Positions 18,121 to 27,189 of a stretch of 64,000 nt of DNA are shown here, piece by piece. Location of the stretch: positions 7,025 through 71,024 of the forward strand of contig CAKVHI010000003.1 of the NCBI GenBank assembly GCA_934747965.1, given 5' to 3'. Positions within the stretch are counted from its first letter, which is position 1. Each line of letters begins with the position of its first letter. Source of the DNA: an uncultured Clostridia bacterium (GTDB lineage: Bacteria > Bacillota > Clostridia > Christensenellales > UBA1242). Below the pieces are notes generated by a model that was not told the DNA's origin, searched no databases, and saw only the letters and a program-made list of their open reading frames with translations. Both the position numbers and the translations under genes were made by a program.

Positions 18121-18738
18121 TTACTTTGTTTCACCATTATTTTCTTTTTTGTCTTTGTCTTTCTTTTTAGATTTATCAGATTTTTTTATTTTAAAGAAAC
18201 TTAAAAATTTTCCTACCCTTAAAATTATTTGGTCAGAATTGTTTACCGCTACCCCCTTAAAAATTGCCTTTCCAAAAACGGTTAGCGAGGTAACAACACT
18301 GCTGACAAGCGCAGGAATTAATATTGCCAAAAATCCACTTTCACCTGAATAAATAAAAACTGCCAAACTAGCACCAACAGCACCCGATAATATTCCACAA
18401 CTATCGCCAACTATATCGCAACAAAAACTCGAGATTTTTTCTGCATTTTTTATTAATTTTATACTTTCCTTTGCACCATTTTCTTTTTTTGAAGCCCTTG
18501 CCAAAAATGGCTCAATGTTTCCAGCGGTAACTGCAACACCTATCATATCAAACAAAATTGATATCCCGACAAAAACAATCAAAATTAAAATAGAAATAAT
18601 AAGTCCAACACCAGAAAGCACTGCCTCACTTGAAATGTTAAGCACCAAACTTAATGAAAGTGTTATCAGCAACACCCTAATTGGATAAGCCCATGCAATT
18701 TTGGTTTTTTTCGGCTTAGATTCTTTTTCTTCTTTCAT
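18121..18738 (-). CDS. oapA: Four-TM membrane protein, candidate OLE-associated protein OapA
   Basis: 205 aa with four hydrophobic helices, a conserved-looking cytoplasmic loop (PFLARASKKENGAKESIKLIKNAEKISSFCCDIVGD) and a lysine-rich tail. It lies immediately downstream of the long ncRNA and upstream of argR. Confidence 0.5.
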   Translation of the reverse strand: MKEEKESKPKKTKIAWAYPIRVLLITLSLSLVLNISSEAVLSGVGLIISILILIVFVGISILFDMIGVAVTAGNIEPFLARASKKENGAKESIKLIKNAEKISSFCCDIVGDSCGILSGAVGASLAVFIYSGESGFLAILIPALVSSVVTSLTVFGKAIFKGVAVNNSDQIILRVGKFLSFFKIKKSDKSKKKDKDKKENNGETK

Positions 18739-18785
18739 TTCCTTTCGACCTTTTTATTTTAGATAAATTATTAATATAAAAAAAA

Positions 18786-19307
18786 TTAGAGAAAATCTTT
18801 TGAGTAAACCTTGCAACTTAGGTTCGGTTGGATTTCCCCACTAAACACACACCGTCGCCGAATGTGTCATTTCTGCTTTGGTTTAGCGCCATAAGGTACC
18901 GAATTGCCACTTAGATTACACTATAATCCCCAAAAGATATTCTGCCTAGAAGATTTCCTTAACACAAAAATTGTTTAACTAGTCTATTTTGCAAACAATG
19001 TTTCAAACATTATGTATTATCCGCAATTATTCACTCAAAACAGGCTACTCTGTACATAGCTTTTTGTTCGCCACATAGCAGGTTTAATCCCGATTAGTAG
19101 TTAATTTGTCATTATCCACCTTTCAGGTCTCCACGATAATTGGGTCGGGTATTATATGCCGTTATAATGCGCCCAAAAATCTTAACTTCCAGCATCTGCC
19201 CCAGTTTGGGCAACCAAAGCAAACACCAGAAACTTCATCGATATGCCCTTCAACGCTATTAATCGTTTTCATTAAAGTTTTTGCGACTAGGATACAGTTT
19301 CTCTAAC
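18786..19307 (-). ncRNA. Long (~520 nt) structured noncoding RNA, candidate OLE RNA
   Basis: The 616-bp gap has no minus-strand ORF of 60 aa or more and is visibly more GC-rich than other spacers. It has its own consensus promoter and ends at a T8 tract (18778-18785). Its position between xseB and a 4-TM protein gene matches OLE/oapA synteny. Confidence 0.55.
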
Positions 19308-19313
19308 AACATA

Positions 19314-19342
19314 ATTATATCATATACAATATTTTTATGCAA
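19314..19342 (-). promoter_or_regulatory. Promoter TTGCAT-N17-(TGa)TATAAT driving the long ncRNA
   Basis: Hexamers read on the minus strand, just downstream of the xseB stop. Confidence 0.65.
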
Positions 19343-19354
19343 GAGGTTTCTAAA

Positions 19355-19561
19355 TTATTTGTTTTCATCAAAATTAATTTGATTTAGATCCTCAGTTATT
19401 TCAATAATCTTACCATCGCATTTTTTAATAGATTCATAACAATCTTTTATAATCTTTCCAGCCTCTTCATACTTTTCAACGCTTCGTTCTAAGCCTGTGC
19501 TTGAATTTTCAATTTCATTAAGAATTTTTTCTAATCTCTCCAAATTTTCTTCAATCGTCAT
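19355..19561 (-). CDS. xseB: Exodeoxyribonuclease VII small subunit
   Basis: MTIEENLERLEKILNEIE is the typical XseB helical hairpin. The start was shortened from the ORF track and overlaps the xseA end. Confidence 0.9.
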   Translation of the reverse strand: MTIEENLERLEKILNEIENSSTGLERSVEKYEEAGKIIKDCYESIKKCDGKIIEITEDLNQINFDENK

Positions 19562-20729
19562 CTTGTTTAACCTCCAAAATTTTTGCACAAAAACTTCCGC
19601 CATTAAGATAAATTTTAATCTCATCCCCAGCCAAAACTTTGCCTATATTTTCAACTCTTTCCCCGTCTTTTTCAACCACAGCAAAGCCTAAGTCTTTATA
19701 CAACAAAGGATTTAACATTTCTTGCCTTCTTGCATAATCTTTTATAAAATTTTTAAGTGCTTCTTCTTTTTTTTGCAAACAAATTTTAAAATTATTCTTT
19801 AAACTTTCAAGTTTAACAACGTCATTATTTCTTTTAACAATCAAACTTCTGTTATCTTTTATTTTAAATTTTAAGCAGTTTAAGCAATTATCTTTTTTTG
19901 CCATGACCGCTTTATAAATTTGACTGTAGTAAAAATTCAACAAAGACTCATAATTTTTGCTTTCTTTAACCGCAATTTCCGCCGCAACAGAAGGCGTTGA
20001 CGCCCTAACATCTGCAACCAAATCAATCAACGTATAGTCAGTTTCATGCCCTACAGCCGAAATAATTGGCTTTTCACACTCAAAACAAGCCTTGGCAACA
20101 GTTTCGCTGTTAAAAACATTCAAATCTTCACTGCTTCCCCCGCCACGAGCAACAATAATAACATCAACTTCTTCAAAATTCGCGAAAAAATTTATACCTT
20201 TACAAATTTCTTTTTCAGCATTTTCCCCTTGCACTTTTGAAGGAAAAACATAAATATTTACATTAGGATTTCGCCTTTTTGAAACCGAGATAATATCCCT
20301 TATCACAGCACCCTTATTTGAAGTTACAACACCAATGCTTTTAACAATTTTGGGAAGTTCTTTTTTATTCAAAAAATAGCCTTCACTAGCTAGTTTTTCC
20401 TTTAACTCACAAAATCGTTTGTAAATATCCCCGTTTCCAAAACTTAATATATAAGTTACATTAAAATTAAGTTTTCCACCTTTAACATAATAATTTGGCT
20501 TTCCTACAACTTTAACCTTTTCGCCAATTTTATAATCTTTGTCAGGGCTAAACCACACACAATTTAAACTTGCGAATTCATCTTTAATAACAAAATATGC
20601 AACATTACCAGTAATCTTAAAACTTGAAATTTCTCCAACAACAGCACAGTTATAAAGCATTTCTTCACAATCTAAAATGTTTTTTATAATGTTGTTAAAT
20701 TCGACCACACTTAAATTATTAAACTGCAT
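19551..20729 (-). CDS. xseA: Exodeoxyribonuclease VII large subunit
   Basis: N-terminal OB fold (VVGEISSFK...GNVYF) and catalytic region (ARGGGSSEDL, GHETDYTL). Confidence 0.95.
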   Translation of the reverse strand: MQFNNLSVVEFNNIIKNILDCEEMLYNCAVVGEISSFKITGNVAYFVIKDEFASLNCVWFSPDKDYKIGEKVKVVGKPNYYVKGGKLNFNVTYILSFGNGDIYKRFCELKEKLASEGYFLNKKELPKIVKSIGVVTSNKGAVIRDIISVSKRRNPNVNIYVFPSKVQGENAEKEICKGINFFANFEEVDVIIVARGGGSSEDLNVFNSETVAKACFECEKPIISAVGHETDYTLIDLVADVRASTPSVAAEIAVKESKNYESLLNFYYSQIYKAVMAKKDNCLNCLKFKIKDNRSLIVKRNNDVVKLESLKNNFKICLQKKEEALKNFIKDYARRQEMLNPLLYKDLGFAVVEKDGERVENIGKVLAGDEIKIYLNGGSFCAKILEVKQDDD

Positions 20730-21111
20730 CTATCACCTTTGCAAGCAAGCCATTCACAAATTTGTAACTATTATCTAAAGAGTACTTTTTGCTTAAATCA
20801 ACTGCCTCATTAACAACAATTTTTACAGGCTCAGACAGAAATTTTAGTTGATATATTGCCGTTATCAAAATAGCCAAGTCTGTTTTGCAAATCCTGTCCA
20901 ATTTATAATTAACCAAATTTTTTTCAACAATTTCAACAATTTCATCATAATGAAGTTTAATACCTTCAAAATTTTGGTTTATATATTCTTTATCTTCTTC
21001 GCTTAGATTTTTGTCTTCTAAAAATTCATCTTCATCAAAATCACAATTCTTTTCAAAATTATAAGAAAAAACCATTTGCATAAGATTTTCTCTTGCCGAA
21101 ATTCTACTCAT
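20719..21111 (-). CDS. nusB: Transcription antitermination factor NusB
   Basis: 130 aa; RISARENLMQMVFSY and the VNEAVDLSKKY...FVNGLLAKV tail. Confidence 0.9.
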   Translation of the reverse strand: MSRISARENLMQMVFSYNFEKNCDFDEDEFLEDKNLSEEDKEYINQNFEGIKLHYDEIVEIVEKNLVNYKLDRICKTDLAILITAIYQLKFLSEPVKIVVNEAVDLSKKYSLDNSYKFVNGLLAKVIDAV

Positions 21112-21481
21112 TTGCTTCTACCCCAAATTCAACGCCCATAACATGAACATTTATACTGTTAACTTTAATATCAATCATAGATGAAATGCCGTTTTTAACA
21201 TTTTCTTGCACTCTATGTGCAACATCAGAAACGCTATAGCCATAATAAATGTTAAGATAGATGTCAACAGTTATACCATTATTTTCATACGCAACTTTAA
21301 CACCATCGCTAACATTGCTTGAAAAAATCCTTTTCAACCCACTATAAAAATTACTACACAAACCTTGAACACCCGAAATTTCTTTCGCAGCCAAACTTAT
21401 TATAGAAAGCAAAACCTCTTTATTGCAATTAACCTTACCTTTATTTTTGTTGCCAGAATCTTCGCCAATTTGATAATTCAT
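21104..21481 (-). CDS. Asp23/Gls24 family envelope stress protein
   Basis: SIISLAAKEISGV...VDIYLNIYYGYSVSDVAHRVQENV is the Asp23 signature. Confidence 0.85.
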   Translation of the reverse strand: MNYQIGEDSGNKNKGKVNCNKEVLLSIISLAAKEISGVQGLCSNFYSGLKRIFSSNVSDGVKVAYENNGITVDIYLNIYYGYSVSDVAHRVQENVKNGISSMIDIKVNSINVHVMGVEFGVEANE

Positions 21482-21517
21482 AACTTCCCCTTAATTAGTA
21501 TAAATTAAATATAATAA

Positions 21518-21547
21518 ATTATAATAGAAAAATTACGCTTTTGTCAA
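21518..21547 (-). promoter_or_regulatory. Promoter TTGACA-N18-TATAAT for the asp23-nusB-xseAB block
   Basis: Hexamers read on the minus strand. Confidence 0.55.
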
Positions 21548-21631
21548 TCTAATTTTTAAATTAATTTTTTTGTTTAAAAAAACTTTAAACAAACTTCTAA
21601 TCTGCTTAAAGTTTTAAAATCATTTTTGTTT

Positions 21632-22105
21632 TTATTCCACAGGAATAACCTTTATATTGTCAAAACTTGTGCCTGTTTGCTCTTTAACAATAGAGAAAAT
21701 CTTTTTAATTTCAGCTTTTCCAAGTTCGCCAGATTTGATAATAACATTTACAGTGTTAGCTGAAGTTGTTACGATACAATCTTCAAATCCTTGAGCTTTT
21801 ATTAGTCCTTCTGTAACAAGTTCAGTTTCCATAGCAGAAATTAAACTTAATTTTTTGCTTTCAGCAAGATTTTTTGAGTCGGCACTTGAAGTTTCACTGT
21901 TCAAAATCGCATCATAGTATAACAATTCCTGATCTCTTGTTGTTTGCCTGTCTGTTCTGTATGTTACAAAGAAATTTCCTGTTGTAACTGTAGTTGAAGT
22001 GTTAGACGCTGTTAAATTATTGTTCAAAACAATGTTTAAAACCCCCGTTACAATAAGCAAACACATCATAACGCTTAAAATGATAATTTTTTTCTTTTTA
22101 CTCAT
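21632..22105 (-). CDS. spoIIIAH: Stage III sporulation protein AH
   Basis: Last gene of the spoIIIA operon, with an N-terminal TM and a YscJ/FliF-like C-terminus. Start set at MSKKKK, behind SD AAGGGGTG. Confidence 0.8.
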   Translation of the reverse strand: MSKKKKIIILSVMMCLLIVTGVLNIVLNNNLTASNTSTTVTTGNFFVTYRTDRQTTRDQELLYYDAILNSETSSADSKNLAESKKLSLISAMETELVTEGLIKAQGFEDCIVTTSANTVNVIIKSGELGKAEIKKIFSIVKEQTGTSFDNIKVIPVE

Positions 22106-22118
22106 AATACACCCCTTT

Positions 22119-22700
22119 TTATTTTCCTGCAAAAACTTGGATATTTTCGCTAGGAATAGATACTATTGCTTCTACGGCTTTCAAGATGTTAAGTTTAACA
22201 TTAATATCTTCAGCCCCACCAGCAACAACCAAAACTCCGTTAACTTTTGGCAAAATCTCCATCAAAATTATGGGTTTGCTTGTCCCGTTCTCTGTAACAA
22301 TAATCGGAGTTTTAACAACTGTTACATTTTTTCCTTTTTCGTTTTCCACTGTTTTTTCCTCAACATTGTTAGCAATCACAACTTCTCCACCACTTGAAAC
22401 ACTAACCACAACAGCAACATTTTTAACACCTTTCAAACTACTTAAAGTCGAAGTTAGTTTTTCTTCCAAAAGTTTGGCGTATTCACTTGAACTTGTAACC
22501 AAAACTTGGGAAGAAGATTCAGCATTTGTTTTTGTACTGCTTTTTTGAGGACTGAAATTTACAAAATAGATAACAAGCAGTAAACTAATAAATATTATGC
22601 AAATTATTATTTCAATATGCTTAACATTTTTAAGTTTTTTGAACAACGGCAATTTAAAAAGATTTTCAACTAATTTTCCATCTTTTTTATTCTCACTCAC
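22119..22700 (-). CDS. spoIIIAG: Stage III sporulation protein AG
   Basis: Operon position, a single TM, and a C-terminal VAVVVSVSSGGE...VNGVLVVAGGAED ring-building motif. Confidence 0.85.
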   Translation of the reverse strand: MSENKKDGKLVENLFKLPLFKKLKNVKHIEIIICIIFISLLLVIYFVNFSPQKSSTKTNAESSSQVLVTSSSEYAKLLEEKLTSTLSSLKGVKNVAVVVSVSSGGEVVIANNVEEKTVENEKGKNVTVVKTPIIVTENGTSKPIILMEILPKVNGVLVVAGGAEDINVKLNILKAVEAIVSIPSENIQVFAGK

Positions 22701-23184
22701 TTATCACCACCTTTTCACTTTCTATCCCCAAAACAGAAATAATGATTGATTTTATTTCCTGATATTTATCTATATGCAAGCCATTATTATTGATAACTAA
22801 ATTTTTCAAATTAACATTAACTTTTTCAATTTGAAATCTCTTTGTCGACAAATTCAAACCAATTTCTACTTTACCCCCCCAAAAACCCTTACTATTAAGT
22901 TGTTCTACACAAACTTTTTCCAAATTTTCTTTATATGAATTATTATAATTTTTTATATAATCTTCATTTATTTCAACACTTGATTGATTGTAAATAAACT
23001 TATTAAAATCTATATCATTTATATTTATTTTAAGAACAGGTGAAATCATAACAAACACAACAAAAACAGAAAAAATCGCTTTTATATATTTTTGCATTTC
23101 ACCTTCAGGCAATATCAAATCAACAAGCACACTAATAATAACAATCCCAACAACAGACAAAAGCCATCCAGAAATCAAACTCAT
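22693..23184 (-). CDS. spoIIIAF: Stage III sporulation protein AF
   Basis: Operon position and two N-terminal TM helices; 163 aa. Confidence 0.8.
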   Translation of the reverse strand: MSLISGWLLSVVGIVIISVLVDLILPEGEMQKYIKAIFSVFVVFVMISPVLKININDIDFNKFIYNQSSVEINEDYIKNYNNSYKENLEKVCVEQLNSKGFWGGKVEIGLNLSTKRFQIEKVNVNLKNLVINNNGLHIDKYQEIKSIIISVLGIESEKVVISE

Positions 23185-23187
23185 TCT

Positions 23188-24384
23188 TTACCCCCAATAA
23201 ACATTACCTGAAGTCATTAAAAGTCCAACAGAAATAAGATACATAAGAGCGACACACAAAATTGACGCAATAAGCATATTTATTGCCTTAGAAACCGAAA
23301 ACAAAAAGTTTGAAATTTTGTCATCCATCATAGGCTCAAGAACAGCCGACAATAGATGAAGAGCCCATTTAAACACCAAAATCGTAACTATAGGCGACAA
23401 AATAGACAAAATAATAAGCAATAGTCCTGCAGTGCCAACAGCATTTTTAATCAAAACCGAACTTGCCATTATAAGGTTAAAACCATCACTTAAATAACCC
23501 CCAACAATAGGAACATAAGTCTTTAAAGCATATTTTGTCGTTCTTATTGAAACACTATCAAAACTTCCGGCGCTTATACCTTTTATAGCCATAGTGCCGG
23601 TAAACACAGTAAAAACAATGCCTATAACCCATTTAAAAACATCATTTAATAAACTAGAAAATTTGTTTAATTTAACATTATTTGATAAATTTCCAACGAC
23701 CGAAATAACAAAACTTACCAAAAAAATAGGCAAAACAATGTAACTAAAAACATTTATAATCAGCCCACTAAGCATAGCCATTATCGGCTGGTAAATTCCA
23801 ACACTTACGGTATTCCCAACAGAAGCCATAAGAGTTAAAATTATTGGAAAAATAACTTCCATTTGGTTTTGCATAGATTTTATAGAAGAAGTTGCAATAT
23901 TTACCAAGTTTGTAATGCTTGCACAAACAATTATAATAACTGCCGAATAACAAACAAAGTGAACAATACTAGACAAATTTTTGTTGCCTTTTGTTTTGAA
24001 ATGTCCAACAACATTTGAAAGTATTGCCAAGGCAAAAACCGAAGCCAAAAGCGGAATTATCTTTTTAAAATCAGACAAAAAAGTTTTTAAAAAGGAAGAA
24101 AACAAATCTTTAAAATCAAATGAATACTCGCCACTTATAAGCTTTTTAACCTTGTCTAAAAAACTACTTGCCCCAAAGTTTTCCGAGTTTTCTAGTTTGC
24201 TTAATTCATCATCTAAATCTTTAAAATCAAAGAAACCGAGTTTATCGTCCGTTTCTTTTTGTAAATCTTCTTCAATAGATATTGAATAGTTAAGCCCTTC
24301 ACTTTTACAATCTTTGTTAAAACAAACAAAACTACAAGAGATTAAGGCTATTATAAATACCAAAATCAAAAAACGCTTTTTCAT
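23188..24384 (-). CDS. spoIIIAE: Stage III sporulation protein AE
   Basis: Polytopic membrane protein with a signal-like N-terminus. The start at MKKRF gives an ATGA overlap with the spoIIIAD stop. Confidence 0.85.
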   Translation of the reverse strand: MKKRFLILVFIIALISCSFVCFNKDCKSEGLNYSISIEEDLQKETDDKLGFFDFKDLDDELSKLENSENFGASSFLDKVKKLISGEYSFDFKDLFSSFLKTFLSDFKKIIPLLASVFALAILSNVVGHFKTKGNKNLSSIVHFVCYSAVIIIVCASITNLVNIATSSIKSMQNQMEVIFPIILTLMASVGNTVSVGIYQPIMAMLSGLIINVFSYIVLPIFLVSFVISVVGNLSNNVKLNKFSSLLNDVFKWVIGIVFTVFTGTMAIKGISAGSFDSVSIRTTKYALKTYVPIVGGYLSDGFNLIMASSVLIKNAVGTAGLLLIILSILSPIVTILVFKWALHLLSAVLEPMMDDKISNFLFSVSKAINMLIASILCVALMYLISVGLLMTSGNVYWG

Positions 24385-24836
24385 TTTATAATACCCACAA
24401 TAGTAGTTATCATTGAACTTATTATCGGAAGAGCCAAACATAAAATTATTACCTTCCCAGCAAGCAAAACCTTGTCAGCGACCGAACTGTTTCCCGTATC
24501 TTGGCAAACATTTGCGCCAAATTCAGTTATATAACCAACACCTACTATTTTTAATACGCTAGAAAACAACGCAAAATCAACTTTTGTTTTACTCACAATT
24601 TGGACAAACGAATTAACAATTTGCCCTAAATAATTTACTAAACTTATCAAAATTATAATTCCGCCAGCCAAAGAAACCAAAATCGACAATTCTGGTTTAA
24701 ATTGCTTTAGAACAATAGTAGCAACACAAGTAACAACTCCTATAATAATAATTTTGATTATATCCACACCGCCCCCATAAGAAAAATAATAAGTTAGCAC
24801 AAGCCTTGTTACAAATAAAATTAGCATTACAAACAC
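24381..24836 (-). CDS. spoIIIAD: Stage III sporulation protein AD (start uncertain; the GTG near 24767 would give the usual ~128 aa)
   Basis: KIVGVGYITEFGANVCQDTGNSSVADKVLLAGKVIIL matches the SpoIIIAD core. Confidence 0.8.
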   Translation of the reverse strand: MFVMLILFVTRLVLTYYFSYGGGVDIIKIIIIGVVTCVATIVLKQFKPELSILVSLAGGIIILISLVNYLGQIVNSFVQIVSKTKVDFALFSSVLKIVGVGYITEFGANVCQDTGNSSVADKVLLAGKVIILCLALPIISSMITTIVGIIK

Positions 24837-24881
24837 GGATAAGTAAAGTTATATTTTAATAACATTAAAACTCAAATCCAC

Positions 24882-25079
24882 TCAAAACAAGGTAAACAAA
24901 TTTTTAACTGTTGTAAACAACTCGTTAATAAGTTTTACCACCATTAAAAGTACAATTATTAACCCAGACAAAGTTGTAAAAGTTGCAATTTCATCCTTTC
25001 CTGCATATTTTAAAACTTGATTTACGACCGCTGTTAAAATTCCTATTCCCGCTATCTTAAAAATTATTTCAACACCCAT
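24882..25079 (-). CDS. spoIIIAC: Stage III sporulation protein AC
   Basis: 65 aa, two TM helices, IFKIAGIGILTAVVNQVLK. SD AAGGGG. Confidence 0.85.
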   Translation of the reverse strand: MGVEIIFKIAGIGILTAVVNQVLKYAGKDEIATFTTLSGLIIVLLMVVKLINELFTTVKNLFTLF

Positions 25080-25091
25080 TTTTACCCCTTT

Positions 25092-25139
25092 TGCATAGTA
25101 TTTTGCATAGTACTATGCATAGTACTATGCAAAACTAAA
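25092..25139. repeat. Four tandem 12-bp units, TGCATAGTATTT / TGCATAGTACTA / TGCATAGTACTA / TGCAAAACTAAA
   Basis: Read directly. 25104-25131 is a perfect 28-bp palindrome. The array fills the spacer between the spoIIIAB stop and the spoIIIAC SD. Confidence 0.95.
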
Positions 25140-25605
25140 TTAAGATTATACAAACCAATATTGCCACCAAAATTGACAGTTTTTTGTACATACTTCCTTG
25201 CTTATCATTATTCAATTTTGCCTGTTTCAACAAACTATCAAAGATTTCAAGATTTTTATCGATATACTCTTTTTGACTTTCGCAATCGCTTTTTCCCAAA
25301 CCTTTAAAAAAATCTTTTAATTTGTTGTTTTCCTCTTTAGAAATCAAATTCAAATCAACAAATTCTTTATCTTGCAAACTATTTTTATAATTCAACAATA
25401 ACTCTGTCAAGTCAGTATTTTTCGTTTTGTAATTGTCAACAATTTCAACAATATCCCTTTCAAAAAAACCTATTTCACTTTTAAGATAAATTAAAAAATT
25501 TTTAAATTCATAGTAAAATTTTTCTTTTTTCTTAAATTTGTTTCCTATATTAAAACCTAAAACACAAATTGACCCGAAAATTAAACCCAAAATTAAGCTT
25601 TTCAT
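25135..25605 (-). CDS. spoIIIAB: Stage III sporulation protein AB
   Basis: Operon position with TM helices at both ends; 156 aa. Confidence 0.8.
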   Translation of the reverse strand: MKSLILGLIFGSICVLGFNIGNKFKKKEKFYYEFKNFLIYLKSEIGFFERDIVEIVDNYKTKNTDLTELLLNYKNSLQDKEFVDLNLISKEENNKLKDFFKGLGKSDCESQKEYIDKNLEIFDSLLKQAKLNNDKQGSMYKKLSILVAILVCIILI

Positions 25606-26516
25606 AACAACCTGACTAAATTCTCATCAAAGATACCTTCAAGCGTTCCTGCCCCATTTTTTTTGCTTAAAACAACATAGCGTTTAAATACCTTTTTTGT
25701 AAGAATTTCATTAAATAATTTTTTTTCTTTCAAATCATTAATATCTTTTGAATGTGTAGTGGCAACAATATTAACTCCACTATTACAAGCATAAATTAAA
25801 CTATCAACATCATCTTTGTTGCAAATTTCATCTGTTATAATAACATTAGGGTTCATTGTTCTTATCCCATTTTCAAAGCCTGTTTTTTTGTTTCCAAACT
25901 GAATTATGTCTGTAAATTTCCCCACATCCATGCCGGCTTCGCCTTTGTTTAAACTCGAAATCTCATTTCTTTCATCCAAAATTAATAAATTTATGGGATA
26001 GTTTCGTTTACCAATTTGATAGCATAAATCTCTTATAAAAGTCGTTTTTCCACTTCCAGGGCTCGAAATGATTAATGTATTCAAAACTTGTCCTGCTTCG
26101 ACAATGAAATTTAATGAATTTAAACTACAATTTCTAACTTCGTGAGGAAATCTTATATTCAAACTATTAAAGTTTTTAACGGTTTTTATGTAGCCATTTT
26201 CTTCAACCACTTCGCCACACAGTCCGATTCTTATTCCGCTGCTTAAAGCGATAAATCCTCTTTTTAAATCTTCATTTACACTATAAAGTGAATAGTTGCT
26301 TGCTTTCATAACTACGCTATCAATCAAATTTCTTGTGCATATTATAGCATTTTCCTCATCATTGCAAAGACCTTCCGGGCTTAAAAAATAAAGTTTGCTT
26401 CCATAATTAATAACAATAGGCTTTGAAATTCTTAATCTAATTTCAAACAAAAAACTATACTTAACTGTTTTTGCAATAAGTTCATACAAGTCTGTTGGCA
26501 AAATTTTATCTAACAT
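25602..26516 (-). CDS. spoIIIAA: Stage III sporulation protein AA (secretion-type ATPase)
   Basis: Walker A SSPGSGKTT and Walker B LILDE. ATG 26516 is preferred over TTG 26522 (SD AAGGA). Confidence 0.9.
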   Translation of the reverse strand: MLDKILPTDLYELIAKTVKYSFLFEIRLRISKPIVINYGSKLYFLSPEGLCNDEENAIICTRNLIDSVVMKASNYSLYSVNEDLKRGFIALSSGIRIGLCGEVVEENGYIKTVKNFNSLNIRFPHEVRNCSLNSLNFIVEAGQVLNTLIISSPGSGKTTFIRDLCYQIGKRNYPINLLILDERNEISSLNKGEAGMDVGKFTDIIQFGNKKTGFENGIRTMNPNVIITDEICNKDDVDSLIYACNSGVNIVATTHSKDINDLKEKKLFNEILTKKVFKRYVVLSKKNGAGTLEGIFDENLVRLL

Positions 26517-26546
26517 ATACAATTCCTTTTTACTATAAATATTTAT

Positions 26547-26607
26547 AAAAAAAGCCTATTATTACAATAGGCAAATAAAAAACACAAGATTACATTTTTC
26601 TTGTGTT
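26547..26607 (-). terminator. Two tandem rho-independent terminators after efp
   Basis: ACACAAG...CTTGTGT + T6 and GCCTATT...AATAGGC + T7, on the minus strand. Confidence 0.75.
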
Positions 26608-26622
26608 TTCGCTATTAAATTA

Positions 26623-27177
26623 TTATACTCTTTCCATATATTCGCCAGTTCTTGTGTCAATTCTAATTCTGTCATGATTGTTAACGAATAGTGGCACTCT
26701 TAATTCTTTTCCAGTTTCAACTTTTGCCATTTTAGAAGCACTTGTAGCAGTGTTTCCTGCAACTGCTGGGTCACATTCAACAATTTCAAGTTCAACAAAA
26801 AGAGGTGGTTCAACTGAAATAATTTTTCCACTAGCTGAAACAACTGTGCACATCAAGCCATCCATTAGATAATCAAAAATAGCTGTGCAATCTTTGCTGT
26901 TTACTGGAAGTTGTTCATAAGTTTCTGGATCCATAAAATAATAAATTTCACCATCATTATAAAGATATTGCATTTCTTTTCTTTCAACTTGTACGGCTTC
27001 AACTTTTTCGTTAGTTTTGAAGTTTCTTTCAATTACTTGTCCAGTTTCAACATTCTTGATTTTTCCACGAATGAAAGCAGCAAGCCTAGGTTGACAAACA
27101 TGTTGCCATTCAATAGCTTGATACAATTTTCCCTCCCATTCAAAAGTTGTTCCCACTTTAACATCTGCTGTTAACAT
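26623..27177 (-). CDS. efp: Elongation factor P (Arg at the loop tip)
   Basis: 184 aa. Aligns without gaps to Bacillus EF-P through WQHVCQPRLAAFIRGKIKNVETG. Confidence 0.95.
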   Translation of the reverse strand: MLTADVKVGTTFEWEGKLYQAIEWQHVCQPRLAAFIRGKIKNVETGQVIERNFKTNEKVEAVQVERKEMQYLYNDGEIYYFMDPETYEQLPVNSKDCTAIFDYLMDGLMCTVVSASGKIISVEPPLFVELEIVECDPAVAGNTATSASKMAKVETGKELRVPLFVNNHDRIRIDTRTGEYMERV

Positions 27178-27189
27178 TATTATTCCTCC

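Noticed and set aside
19106-19306. A 66-aa plus-strand ORF inside the long intergenic region.
   Set aside because: It is on the strand opposite the promoter and all neighbouring genes, has no SD, and has a composition atypical for this genome. The region is better explained as a structured RNA gene.
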